DNA of 64,000 nt from the sequence record SRR20825010_2151; one strand, written 5' to 3'. The notes under the pieces are model-generated. The model had not been told where the DNA came from, ran no database searches, and worked only from the letters and a program-made list of their open reading frames with translations. This document shows positions 18,130 to 27,584 of the stretch, in pieces. Made by a program: the position numbers and the translations under genes. Within the stretch, counting starts at the first letter, position 1. Each line of letters begins with the position of its first letter.

Positions 18130-21100
18130 TTAATTCTTCTGCTTTATTTTTTTGAAGTACTTGTTCGTCTCCTGCTTATAGTATGGGTTAAGGATTGCAG
18201 GGATAGTTTTTAATAATTCTATTTCCTTTTCCTTAGCCTTAAGGTATTCATTTAAAGATTCAGGAACCGAGATGTCATAGTCCGAGGCAGTTTGCGCCTT
18301 TCGTTCTTCATCTTCACCCCTTTCGTTCATGGCGTTTTCAGCTTCTAACAAACGAGTAAGGATTTCCTGCTGTCTTTCTACTGTTTCATCCGTTAGATTT
18401 TTATTGATAAGATCTTCCTCATTCTTTTCCATTTGGTCGATGAGCTTATCAATCTTCTCGCCTAAATTATCTCCGTCAACTCCGGTTTCAAAATTTTCAA
18501 GGGCATTTCTCAAACGTTGCTGCTCGGCTGCTAGTTTCGCCAGTTGCTCAGAAAGTTGCCTACCTGATTTTCCGCTTTGCTTTAAATCACTTATTTGTTC
18601 ACTGAGTTGTTTTTGAAGTTCACTTAAGCCACCAGGCATTGGCTTATTTTTTTTATTGCCTTTATTAGATGAGCTGGCCATTTGGTTTTGCATTTGCTGA
18701 ACGATATCATCCAATAGAAGTGCCAAATTGTTGATAGAAGTCATTGTAAACTGCTGTTTACCAGTGGCTTGATTAATTCTTTTTTCTTTCAACTCGTCTA
18801 AAGCACCATCCATTTGACGGTTCATTTCACTTACTTCTCTCATCACAAAGGAGGAGATTTGAAAAACTCTTTGAGAAAGCGAAATTAGGCTATCTTGAAC
18901 AATCTTCGAGTCATCTTTAAGTTTAAGCTGCTGCTGCGTAAGGTCAATGAAGCGAGGGTCGCTTTCGCGTATTTCACGGAAAGAGTTCATAAGGTCTTCC
19001 TGATTGAAGGAAAGTGTCACAAGGTTGTCCACTAGCTCTTTCAAGAACTCTAAGTTTTCTTGCTGTTGCTCCATTTCCATACCGCCTTGCATTGACTCTA
19101 GGTCCTTTTTCATTTCCTTCATTTTCTCAGCCGCTTTTTGCTGAGCTTTGGTTGCGTTTTGTCTTTGCTGCGAAGGCTTACTATCTTCCTTTTGTTGCTC
19201 CACTTGACCTTCTTCTTGTTCCTCTGCTTCTTCGTTCGTCTCTTCTGACTTTTCTTGATTATTACCTTGCTCTGAGTCTTTTTGAAGCTCTTCTTTTGCT
19301 TTTTCTTGCTCTTCTTTTATCTCTTCAAATTGCTCTTCTAAATCACTAGGGAGTTCGTCTGGGGTTTTTCTTTCTTCATTTAACTCTTTTAACTTATCGA
19401 TTTGCTCTTGAAGCTTTTCAAGGTTTTCTTTTTGCTGGGCTTGCTTCTGACTGAGTGAATCAGAGCTCATTTTCTCGTTTTGAGTTTCCTCAATAAGTTG
19501 CTCTTGATCTTTGATGTTTTGCTCCAGTTCTTTGATGTTTTGCTCCAGCTTCATATCGAATTGTAGCTTTTTGAAGAGTTCAAGGGTTCGTTCCAATTCC
19601 TTTTCAAGATCGCCACCTTTGTTTTTCATCTCCTCTATTTTATCTCGGAACTCAGAAATTTCCCCTTGATCTTCAAGCAGTTTTCTTAATTCATCATAGA
19701 GTTTTTTGGTTTCATCATCCAGAATGTTGTTCATCAACTCTTGGAGCTGATTCATTTTTTCCTGAATCTTATCGTTCTGAGGGGAGAATTGCTCTTTCTT
19801 CATATTATTGAGCTGATTTTCTTTCTTTAACTCCTCCAGCTTTTCGGCCAATTGCTCTTTCTGCTTGAGAATATCTTGCATTAGCTTTTCATCTTGCCAA
19901 TCCAATTCTTTCTTGGTCTTCAGGCGTTCATCTACCTCAGCTAATTTTTCGTTCAACTCTTGGGCTTCTTTCAACGTTTTGTCAATGTCTTTTTGAACCT
20001 TTTCAGACGAGCGATCTATTTCTTTTTCAATTTCTTCTTTAGAGGGTATTTTGAAAGAGTAAGTACTAGTTTTTATTGATTTTGAACCATTAACACCATC
20101 ATTATCAGATACTTGTACGTAATATTTAATTTCTGAGCCAGCCGTGATTTTAGCGGAATCAAGTTTGAATACCTTATAATAGCTCTGGTTACTCAAGTCT
20201 CTATTCAGCTCTAAAGGAAGCTCTTCGAAGCTTTGCTCATTCTGATATTGGAAGAATATAGAAAGGCGTGAAAACCCGTGGTCATCGGTAATATTTCCAC
20301 CTAGAACCAGAGACTTAAATAGGACGGTGTCTTGATATTGATCTAAAGTAATTTCAGGGTAACGGTCTTTCACGGATTCTAACGCAAAAACAAGTGAGTC
20401 TCGGTTGAGGCTGTATTCGTTTTTTAATTGAATGGAATAACGGCTCGACTTGTTGATCGTTTGTTCGTAGGTATAAGTACCATTTGAGTTCCTTTTTGCT
20501 TTTTCGAATACATCGAGCTCAGGAAAATTAAGCTTCACTTCATCCGTATGTTCGGTACTGAACTTCCATGTAACCTTGGTGCCTTCAGGGATTGAAACGT
20601 TTCCAGAATTTTCTAATATTTCTTTCTCACGCTTTAAATATTTTGGGAAGTCAAGCTCGAGGTTGAATAATGAAAGTGAGGGACGAGAAACGACTTCGAT
20701 TTCATATTCAGGAGAAGTAATACTTTCTGCTTCCAAAGAAAACTTGGTGCCCGCCTGAACTCTTGTGAAGGTGTATTCAAAGTTATTAGGGCCAGTTTTA
20801 TTGGCTTTTACTTTTCGGTTATTGGTCCAAACATAAAGATTTTGAGGGTTCGACCTTCCTTCGGTGTTTACTTCTAATATGAAGTTTTCGCCCTTAAACG
20901 CTTGGAAGCCGGTGTTTTGGATTGAAAACGAAAAAGGAGCTTCGGGAAGAAACTCAGTATTATAGTTCATAATTCTAGTTGAGCTCTCTGTGAGAAACTG
21001 GGGAATAAAAAGAAGCAGCCCAACAATAATAGCTCCTGGCCCAATTACATAACGAAGGTATTTTCGGTTGCTTTTATAGTCAATGGCGCTGACAAATGAA

Positions 21101-21516
21101 ATTTTACCGACTTCGTTACTTTTTTGCTCTATGCTGGCTAGTAATAGCTCATTTTGAGCTGAATTGAGCTTTTCTAACTGTATTATGTTTAAAAGCTTGT
21201 CTGAAATTGCAGGAAAATGAGCACCTATTTGTTCCGAGGCTTGTTCGTTTGAAAGGTGTCGCTGTGCATTTTTTAATTGGAAGAGGTTCTTCCCAATGAA
21301 CCAGACGAAAGCCAATAGACTTGCAACTACAAATGAAAAGAAAAGAATGGCTCTACCGCCACCACTTAGGCGTGCAGAGAACTCAAAAGCATTGGCTACA
21401 ATAAAAAGGCTAAGGAAAAAGGCTAGAAATAGAATAGTGCCTTTGATCAACCGGTTAGTGTAGAATTTTTTCTTATATGCCTGAAGTTGCTGCTTTAGTA
21501 ATTGGTTAGAACCCAT
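18130..21516 (-). CDS. Large membrane-anchored coiled-coil protein (DUF4175-like)
   Basis: N-terminal TM helices, Ig-like middle region, long Q/E/K-rich coiled coils, RQQEILTRLLEAE C-terminal motif. Confidence 0.75.
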   Translation of the reverse strand: MGSNQLLKQQLQAYKKKFYTNRLIKGTILFLAFFLSLFIVANAFEFSARLSGGGRAILFFSFVVASLLAFVWFIGKNLFQLKNAQRHLSNEQASEQIGAHFPAISDKLLNIIQLEKLNSAQNELLLASIEQKSNEVGKISFVSAIDYKSNRKYLRYVIGPGAIIVGLLLFIPQFLTESSTRIMNYNTEFLPEAPFSFSIQNTGFQAFKGENFILEVNTEGRSNPQNLYVWTNNRKVKANKTGPNNFEYTFTRVQAGTKFSLEAESITSPEYEIEVVSRPSLSLFNLELDFPKYLKREKEILENSGNVSIPEGTKVTWKFSTEHTDEVKLNFPELDVFEKAKRNSNGTYTYEQTINKSSRYSIQLKNEYSLNRDSLVFALESVKDRYPEITLDQYQDTVLFKSLVLGGNITDDHGFSRLSIFFQYQNEQSFEELPLELNRDLSNQSYYKVFKLDSAKITAGSEIKYYVQVSDNDGVNGSKSIKTSTYSFKIPSKEEIEKEIDRSSEKVQKDIDKTLKEAQELNEKLAEVDERLKTKKELDWQDEKLMQDILKQKEQLAEKLEELKKENQLNNMKKEQFSPQNDKIQEKMNQLQELMNNILDDETKKLYDELRKLLEDQGEISEFRDKIEEMKNKGGDLEKELERTLELFKKLQFDMKLEQNIKELEQNIKDQEQLIEETQNEKMSSDSLSQKQAQQKENLEKLQEQIDKLKELNEERKTPDELPSDLEEQFEEIKEEQEKAKEELQKDSEQGNNQEKSEETNEEAEEQEEGQVEQQKEDSKPSQQRQNATKAQQKAAEKMKEMKKDLESMQGGMEMEQQQENLEFLKELVDNLVTLSFNQEDLMNSFREIRESDPRFIDLTQQQLKLKDDSKIVQDSLISLSQRVFQISSFVMREVSEMNRQMDGALDELKEKRINQATGKQQFTMTSINNLALLLDDIVQQMQNQMASSSNKGNKKNKPMPGGLSELQKQLSEQISDLKQSGKSGRQLSEQLAKLAAEQQRLRNALENFETGVDGDNLGEKIDKLIDQMEKNEEDLINKNLTDETVERQQEILTRLLEAENAMNERGEDEERKAQTASDYDISVPESLNEYLKAKEKEIELLKTIPAILNPYYKQETNKYFKKIKQKN

Positions 21517-21606
21517 CTCCTGAATTTAAACTTGTAAACACTAATACGTGAACGAGCCGTATTTGATTGTAAAACAATTGACTAAAGGAGAAATATACGA
21601 TTTAAA

Positions 21607-22368
21607 TCATCGAATTTCTAGGAGTATCGGGCAGTGATCGGAATGGATGGCATCGCTCAAGATAGAAGCACCCGCCAATCTCTCTTTCATTTGCACTGTG
21701 GTCATGTGGTAATCTATCCTCCAACCTTTATTGTTCGCCCTTGAATTGGCTCTGTAGCTCCACCAAGAGTATTCATCTGGGTTTTGGTTAAAAACACGAA
21801 AAGAATCAATAAAGCCAGCATCCATGTATTTTGTGAACCACTCTCTTTCTTCGGGCAAAAAGCCAGAAGAGTTCTTATTTGAGACGGGGTTATGAATATC
21901 AATTGCTTTGTGCGCTATGTTATAATCTCCGCTGATGATTAAATTAGGAATAGTTTTTCTTAATTCATTGGCGTAATCAAAGAAGAAGTCGAGCCACTCA
22001 TATTTAAAATCTTGACGAAGATCACCACTTGTGCCACTCGGCATGTAGACGCTCATCACAGAAAAATCCTTATAGTCAGCCCTGATTACCCTTCCTTCAG
22101 AATCATATAAAGGGTTTTTGCAACCATGTTCCACGTGAAGCGGCTTGAGTTTACTGAAAATTGCTACACCACTGTACCCTTTTTTTTGAGCGGGTTCCCA
22201 ATATAAATGATAACCCAAGTCCTCAAAATCAGTAGTGTCTACTTGTTCGGGTAATGCTTTTAGCTCTTGTAGACAAAGAATATCAGGGTTTTCGGCTTTT
22301 AACCAGCCCACAAAATCTTTCTTCATGGCGGCCCGAATTCCGTTTACGTTGTAGCTGATAATTTTCAT
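21607..22368 (-). CDS. xth: Exodeoxyribonuclease III
   Basis: SYNVNGIRA, LQELK, GDYNIAH, GWRIDY, SDHCP. Confidence 0.95.
   Translation of the reverse strand: MKIISYNVNGIRAAMKKDFVGWLKAENPDILCLQELKALPEQVDTTDFEDLGYHLYWEPAQKKGYSGVAIFSKLKPLHVEHGCKNPLYDSEGRVIRADYKDFSVMSVYMPSGTSGDLRQDFKYEWLDFFFDYANELRKTIPNLIISGDYNIAHKAIDIHNPVSNKNSSGFLPEEREWFTKYMDAGFIDSFRVFNQNPDEYSWWSYRANSRANNKGWRIDYHMTTVQMKERLAGASILSDAIHSDHCPILLEIR
22127..22142. promoter_or_regulatory. Possible degenerate parS inside xth
   Basis: TGTTCCACGTGAAGCG, 14/16 match to TGTTCCACGTGAAACA. Confidence 0.4.
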
Positions 22369-22727
22369 AACTCAATTTTTAATTCAGTCTCAAAGTATTC
22401 AATAACATGCATTTTGAGAAGCTTTTCTTGGTCCATCAGGTCGAAGTGAGGAAGAGCGGTTTCGGCTTTTTTCCAATGTGGCCAACCTTCAGCATCAATT
22501 CCCTCGAGTTCATAAAAGCCTGAAAGACTCAATATTTTGCAGATAGCAATGTGCATTAAGTCTTGTTTTTCCTCTTTCGTAAAATTCTGTTTGCCGTTGC
22601 CCAATTCTTGAACCCCAATAAGAAATAGAACCCCATTAAGATCTTTGGGCCTTTTTCCTAAAAGCTGCTCTAAATGGGTCATTAGTTTTACCCAGTTTCT
22701 CTGAAGTTCTAAATCCTTTTTATACAT
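22365..22727 (-). CDS. Hypothetical protein
   Basis: 120-aa ORF translationally coupled to both neighbours. Confidence 0.8.
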   Translation of the reverse strand: MYKKDLELQRNWVKLMTHLEQLLGKRPKDLNGVLFLIGVQELGNGKQNFTKEEKQDLMHIAICKILSLSGFYELEGIDAEGWPHWKKAETALPHFDLMDQEKLLKMHVIEYFETELKIEL

Positions 22728-23065
22728 TACTTATTAAGCTCTTCCCAAAATTCCACAGCCCTTCTAAGGTGCGGAATTACAATGGTTCCCCCAATCAAGT
22801 TGGCGATTGAAAACACTTCAAACACTTCTTGGGTGGTGACTCCTAAATCGTGACATTTTCCTAAATGATACTTGATGCAGTCGTCACACCTTAAAACCAT
22901 TGAACTTGAAAGCCCAATAAGTTCTTTTACTTTTCCGTCCAATGCACCGGGTGCAAAGGCGTTAGTGTCAAGATTGAATAATCTTTTCAACACTGTATTG
23001 TTCTCTTCCAAGATTTTCCCATTCATCTTGGCGCGATAATCATTGAATTCTTCTACAATAGTCAT
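22727..23065 (-). CDS. Carboxymuconolactone decarboxylase (AhpD-like) family protein
   Basis: GALDGKVKELIGL...RCDDCIKYH (CxxC plus H). Confidence 0.9.
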   Translation of the reverse strand: MTIVEEFNDYRAKMNGKILEENNTVLKRLFNLDTNAFAPGALDGKVKELIGLSSSMVLRCDDCIKYHLGKCHDLGVTTQEVFEVFSIANLIGGTIVIPHLRRAVEFWEELNK

Positions 23066-23104
23066 TACCTTAATATTTTCGTCAAATATAGTTTCGTTTT
23101 GCGA

Positions 23105-23803
23105 ATGCCCAGCAAGATAAATTTAATCTTGAACGACTTTGTCGCTCTCTTTTTTCCAAATATATGTATTGGGTGTAAAGGGCCATTGCCCAATGGCATG
23201 AAGCATATCTGCCCTACTTGCCAGTACGAATTGCCGAAAACAAATAACTATAAGAAAGAGGTTCCACATATTTATCAAAAATTGGCGGGCTCAATTCGAT
23301 TTAATCATATGTTAGCTTACCTGCACTTCCAGAAAAAAGGAATCGTTCAGCATATTATGCACGAGCTAAAGTATAATCATAAAGAAGACGTTGGGCTAAT
23401 GATGGGTCGATGGTATGCTCACGATTTGTTACTCAGAGGTTTCGCCAACGAGTTTGACCTCATTATTCCTGTTCCATTGCATCCTTCAAAACAGAGAAAA
23501 AGAGGTTATAATCAGAGTGAAGCTTTTGCAAATGGCCTTTCAGAAGTACTGAAAACAGAAGTTTATATTGGGCTTAGGAGAGTTACAGCAAGTGAAACTC
23601 AAACAAGAAAGAGTAGGGTCGAAAGATTGGAGAATGTGAAGACAGTTTTCGAAGCAATAGGCCCAGCAGAACTTAAAGGGAAACGTGTGCTTTTAGTTGA
23701 TGACGTAATTACAACTGGGGCAACCCTGTTGGCTTGCGGAAATGTATTGTTAGAAGCTGGAGTAAAAGAACTTAATTTTGGTGTCTTGGCATCTACTTAC
23801 TAA
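23105..23803 (+). CDS. ComF family amidophosphoribosyltransferase-like protein
   Basis: N-terminal CxxC pairs, PVPLH...RGYNQS, VLLVDDVITTGAT; exact start uncertain. Confidence 0.9.
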   Translation: MPSKINLILNDFVALFFPNICIGCKGPLPNGMKHICPTCQYELPKTNNYKKEVPHIYQKLAGSIRFNHMLAYLHFQKKGIVQHIMHELKYNHKEDVGLMMGRWYAHDLLLRGFANEFDLIIPVPLHPSKQRKRGYNQSEAFANGLSEVLKTEVYIGLRRVTASETQTRKSRVERLENVKTVFEAIGPAELKGKRVLLVDDVITTGATLLACGNVLLEAGVKELNFGVLASTY

Positions 23804-23815
23804 TGATCCAAATGA

Positions 23816-23850
23816 GAAAAGGCCGTTTCCTATTAGGAAACGGCCTTTTC
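23816..23850. terminator. Bidirectional intrinsic terminator
   Basis: gaaaaggccgtttccta-t-taggaaacggccttttc between convergent genes. Confidence 0.9.
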
Positions 23851-23868
23851 ATAGACTCTTTCTAATTA

Positions 23869-25299
23869 TTATCTTCTTTTAGATTCAACACCGATAGAAA
23901 TCATGGCACACCTAAAGCCAATAGTATTAGTCGCTTTATCTTGATCTAAAAATCTTCTGGTACCTGGTGACATCCAGTAGGCAACATCCTTCCACGAACC
24001 TCCTTTGTATACTTTTGCTCTGTCGTTAATCAATGACCTGAAATCTGTTCTATCGCCATCCCAACCGTAAAGTTGTTCTGAATCTGCTGTTCCATCCTTC
24101 CTCACGGGATTTAAATCATCAACCGCTTGATAAGAAAGAGGTCTATAGGTATCGTTTACCCACTCACTTACGTTGCCGCCCATGTTGAATAAACCGAAAT
24201 CATTTGGTTCGTATCCTCCAACCTCAGCTGGAATTACGTCACCATCATTATTGATATTTCCTGCAATACCAGCATAGTCACCTCTACCTCTTTTAAAGTT
24301 AGCTAAAAGCTCTCCTCTTCTTTTTCGGTATGGGTTTCTAACGCCTCTTCCATCCCAAGGATAAATTCTTCCGTATTCTTCGTTTTCGTCTAAATACTGT
24401 GTTCCAATGGTTGCTTTGGCAGCATATTCCCATTCAGCCTCATTTGGTAGTCTGAATTCAGGTAGATAAATACCCCTTTCTATAAAAAGCTTTTTGTTTG
24501 CATTTATAAAAGCAATTTGATCCTGTTGAAGGTCATCCAACTCTTGTGGTGTCACTTCTATCGCTCCTGTAAGACCAATTTCACTACTACCAAGCATTTG
24601 TAGAGTACCATCTGGGTTAAAAAACTCGAATTTGTAAGCATCGGGAAGATCTTCAAGCGGTAGTTGGCTTATGGTTAGGTAGTTAACAAAATCTGTTCTC
24701 CACTTACAAAAGTCTACAGCCTGTCTCCAAGTCACTCCAACAACTGGGCGATTGTTGTAACCTGGATTGTTATAGTAATTTTCACTATAAACATCATTGA
24801 AAGAAAAGTCGCTTGACCAAACACTATCGTTAGGGATCAAGTCTTTAAGGGCCTGTCCATTATGAGAAGTGGTGGCAGGAAGAAATGGGTTCGTTGGATC
24901 GTCCACAATATTTACCTCCCTACCCAAACTAATTGGTATTGGATTAAACTGATAAAAAACATATTCTTTCCAGTTTTCATTAGTGACTTCAGTTTCGTCC
25001 ATGTAGAAAGAATTTACGGTAACGGTTCTCTCTATGTTGTCTCTACTACCCAATAAATCTTCCTCAAACGAGCCTAAAACGGTTCTACCACCTTGAACAA
25101 ACACCATTCCCGGAGGGTTGGGTAAATTTTTTGTATCAAATGGGGTAAAATTGAGTGTGTCTTTGGAGTTACCATAAGCCATACCCGTTGTAGAACTCAC
25201 TCTTCCTTTGTTTTTATTAAAAAGGAAGCAAGAAGATAATAATGAGGAAGACAGTAAAACGAATACTGAAACCTTCAAAAACCCAGCTGTGTTTTTCAT
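23869..25299 (-). CDS. gldJ: Gliding motility lipoprotein GldJ (FGE/SUMF1 domain)
   Basis: Lipobox LSSC, SFYMDETEV, RLPNEAEWEYAA, NFKRGRGDYAGIAG, KVYKGGSWKD, IGFRCAM. Confidence 0.85.
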   Translation of the reverse strand: MKNTAGFLKVSVFVLLSSSLLSSCFLFNKNKGRVSSTTGMAYGNSKDTLNFTPFDTKNLPNPPGMVFVQGGRTVLGSFEEDLLGSRDNIERTVTVNSFYMDETEVTNENWKEYVFYQFNPIPISLGREVNIVDDPTNPFLPATTSHNGQALKDLIPNDSVWSSDFSFNDVYSENYYNNPGYNNRPVVGVTWRQAVDFCKWRTDFVNYLTISQLPLEDLPDAYKFEFFNPDGTLQMLGSSEIGLTGAIEVTPQELDDLQQDQIAFINANKKLFIERGIYLPEFRLPNEAEWEYAAKATIGTQYLDENEEYGRIYPWDGRGVRNPYRKRRGELLANFKRGRGDYAGIAGNINNDGDVIPAEVGGYEPNDFGLFNMGGNVSEWVNDTYRPLSYQAVDDLNPVRKDGTADSEQLYGWDGDRTDFRSLINDRAKVYKGGSWKDVAYWMSPGTRRFLDQDKATNTIGFRCAMISIGVESKRR

Positions 25300-25623
25300 G
25301 TTAGTGCTTTAATCAGACCTTTTAGGTGAATTAAGGGGGCTAATATACGCTTATCCCTCATGTTTAACAAAGGTGTAATTCACTCATTGTTATGCAAAAA
25401 CGCTACTTTCAAGTACATATTTTAAAATTCATGATCAAAATCTATGCATTAAGAAAAGTAAGAGATAGAAAAGAACTATAGTGTTAATCATTTTTTAACT
25501 TGAGATAGGGTTATTGTGGTGTCATTTGTTTTCTGATCGGGCTTATTTTATGGTTAATCCGACTATTAAACCTTTCAGTAAATTGATCGCAGAGGTGTTG
25601 GATAAATGTATTTGCTTTAGGTG

Positions 25624-26763
25624 ATGAAAAAGAATCAGCTGTATTGGATGCTCCAAATTGGAGGTTGGGGCGGACTCCATATTACCAGCTTTCTGGCTAT
25701 TGCTTTTGTTTTACCCTTTTGGGCCTCCGTCATATCTTCTTTGGTCAGTGTTCTTTGCGCTATTCTTATTAGCCATTTGTATAGGCTTTATGCGAAAAAG
25801 AGAAAGTGGAAGGACTTAAAAATTGTCAAGCTCATTCCTCGAGTTTTTTTTAGTAGTATTCTTCAAGGTGCGCTCTTGGCCATTCTTACCTTTTTAGTGG
25901 CCATTGGCTCTGTTGTGCTATTAATAAAACTAGATCCCAATTTAATGGATCATTTTACGGGGCTTTCTAAAATGGAAGGGGTTGATGAGGCCACTCTTGA
26001 AAAATTGAGAGAGGTGAATCGTGACATATTTACACCTAGTACATTGATTATAATGGCCATGAGCTTTATTGGAAGCTATTCGGTTTACTTTATCAGTTGG
26101 TCATCAATCTATTTTGCATACCAGTTTCTTCAGAAAAACAGGGAAGTAGAAATCGAAAAATGGAAGCTTCAAGCTACCGTGAAAGATGCAGAATTGAGTG
26201 CCTTAAAATCTCAAATCAATCCGCATTTTATATTCAATAGTCTCAATAATATTAGATCTCTTGTGGTAGAAGATGCAGAAAAGGCAAGAGATTCTATCAC
26301 TCACCTTTCTGATCTTTTAAGGTTTTCCATTCAATTCGATCATTATGAAAAAGTGAGTCTTGAGAAGGAAATGGAAGTGGTTGCTCATTACTTAAACCTT
26401 GAGTCTATTCAGTTAGAAGACCGACTTAGGTACCAGCTTTTGCTTGATAGTGAGACTAAAGAGTTTGTGGTTCCACCAATGATTATTCAAACCTTGGTGG
26501 AAAACGCGATAAAACACTGTATTAACAATTTACCAGAAGGGGGCGAAATTATCGTTGAATCGAAACTGGCCCCTGGCTTCCTTAGTATTTTTGTGAAAAA
26601 TACCGGGCAATTAAAAGGGCCAAACGGTGTGAAAAGAAAAGGAATTGGAATTGGTAACGCTCGTGAGCGGTTGCGCTTACTTTACGGAGAAAAGGCCGCT
26701 CTTAGCGTTGAAAACATGAACGAGCACATGGTATGTGCTACTGTAAAAATCCCTTTAAATTAG
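25624..26763 (+). CDS. LytS/YehU-type membrane sensor histidine kinase
   Basis: TM N-terminus, ELSALKSQINPHFIFNSLN, QTLVENAIKH, GIGIGN. Confidence 0.92.
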   Translation: MKKNQLYWMLQIGGWGGLHITSFLAIAFVLPFWASVISSLVSVLCAILISHLYRLYAKKRKWKDLKIVKLIPRVFFSSILQGALLAILTFLVAIGSVVLLIKLDPNLMDHFTGLSKMEGVDEATLEKLREVNRDIFTPSTLIIMAMSFIGSYSVYFISWSSIYFAYQFLQKNREVEIEKWKLQATVKDAELSALKSQINPHFIFNSLNNIRSLVVEDAEKARDSITHLSDLLRFSIQFDHYEKVSLEKEMEVVAHYLNLESIQLEDRLRYQLLLDSETKEFVVPPMIIQTLVENAIKHCINNLPEGGEIIVESKLAPGFLSIFVKNTGQLKGPNGVKRKGIGIGNARERLRLLYGEKAALSVENMNEHMVCATVKIPLN

Positions 26764-26783
26764 AAACCACAAAATTAAGCCAT

Positions 26784-27506
26784 ATGAAAACTTTAGTAAT
26801 AGACGATTCAAGACTTGCCAGAAACGAATTAAAAAGGCTGCTCAAGGAGTTTGACAATGTTCAGGTTGTTGGAGAAGCGGCAAGTGTAGATGAGGCGATT
26901 GAAAAAATTACCGAACTAAAGCCAGACTTGATTTTTTTAGACATTCAAATGCCAGTTAAAACAGGCTTTGATTTGCTGGAAGAGCTTGAAATTGTGCCTG
27001 AAGTAATTTTTTCAACTGCTTATGACGAATATGCGCTGAAAGCTTTTGAATACAATGCGCTTGATTATTTGGTGAAGCCAGTTCAAAAAGATCGCTTAGC
27101 TGGAGCCATTTCGAAGGTGATTGAGAAGGTTGAGAAAAAGGAGCGTGATAAAGAAAACGGAAGCGATAAACTCACTATTCACGATCAGGTTTTTGTAAAA
27201 GATGGCGAAAAATGTTGGTTTGTTCAGTTGGCAGATATTCGCCTTTTCGAAGTAAGCGGAAACTATACTACAGTGTATTTCGACAAATCGAAACCCATGA
27301 TTACGCGTACTTTGAATTACTTGGAATCGAGATTAGACGACAAAACATATTTCAGAGCAAACCGTCAGCAAATCATCAACTTAAAGTGGATTGAAAGAAT
27401 TGAACCTTGGTTCAGCGGTAGTTTGAGAATCTATATGAAAGGGGGCGAAGAGATTGATGTTTCGCGTAGGCAAACGCTCAAGTTTAAAGACATAATGAGT
27501 TTCTAA
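26784..27506 (+). CDS. LytTR family response regulator
   Basis: Receiver (VIDD, FLDIQMP, TAYDEYA, YLVKP) plus LytTR (FRANRQQIIN, VSRR); start moved to MKTL. Confidence 0.93.
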   Translation: MKTLVIDDSRLARNELKRLLKEFDNVQVVGEAASVDEAIEKITELKPDLIFLDIQMPVKTGFDLLEELEIVPEVIFSTAYDEYALKAFEYNALDYLVKPVQKDRLAGAISKVIEKVEKKERDKENGSDKLTIHDQVFVKDGEKCWFVQLADIRLFEVSGNYTTVYFDKSKPMITRTLNYLESRLDDKTYFRANRQQIINLKWIERIEPWFSGSLRIYMKGGEEIDVSRRQTLKFKDIMSF

Positions 27507-27527
27507 AGTTGAAAAAGTCTAGAAACC

Positions 27528-27566
27528 AAAAGCTCCGAAAGTAAACTCTACTTTTGGAGCTTTTTT
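27528..27566. terminator. Intrinsic terminator
   Basis: aaagctccgaaagt...acttttggagcttttt between convergent genes. Confidence 0.7.
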
Positions 27567-27584
27567 CTTTTCAGTATAAACTGG

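Noticed and set aside
25300-25620. ncRNA or riboswitch in the gldJ/kinase divergent gap
   Set aside because: AT-rich with no recognisable conserved motif or strong stem.
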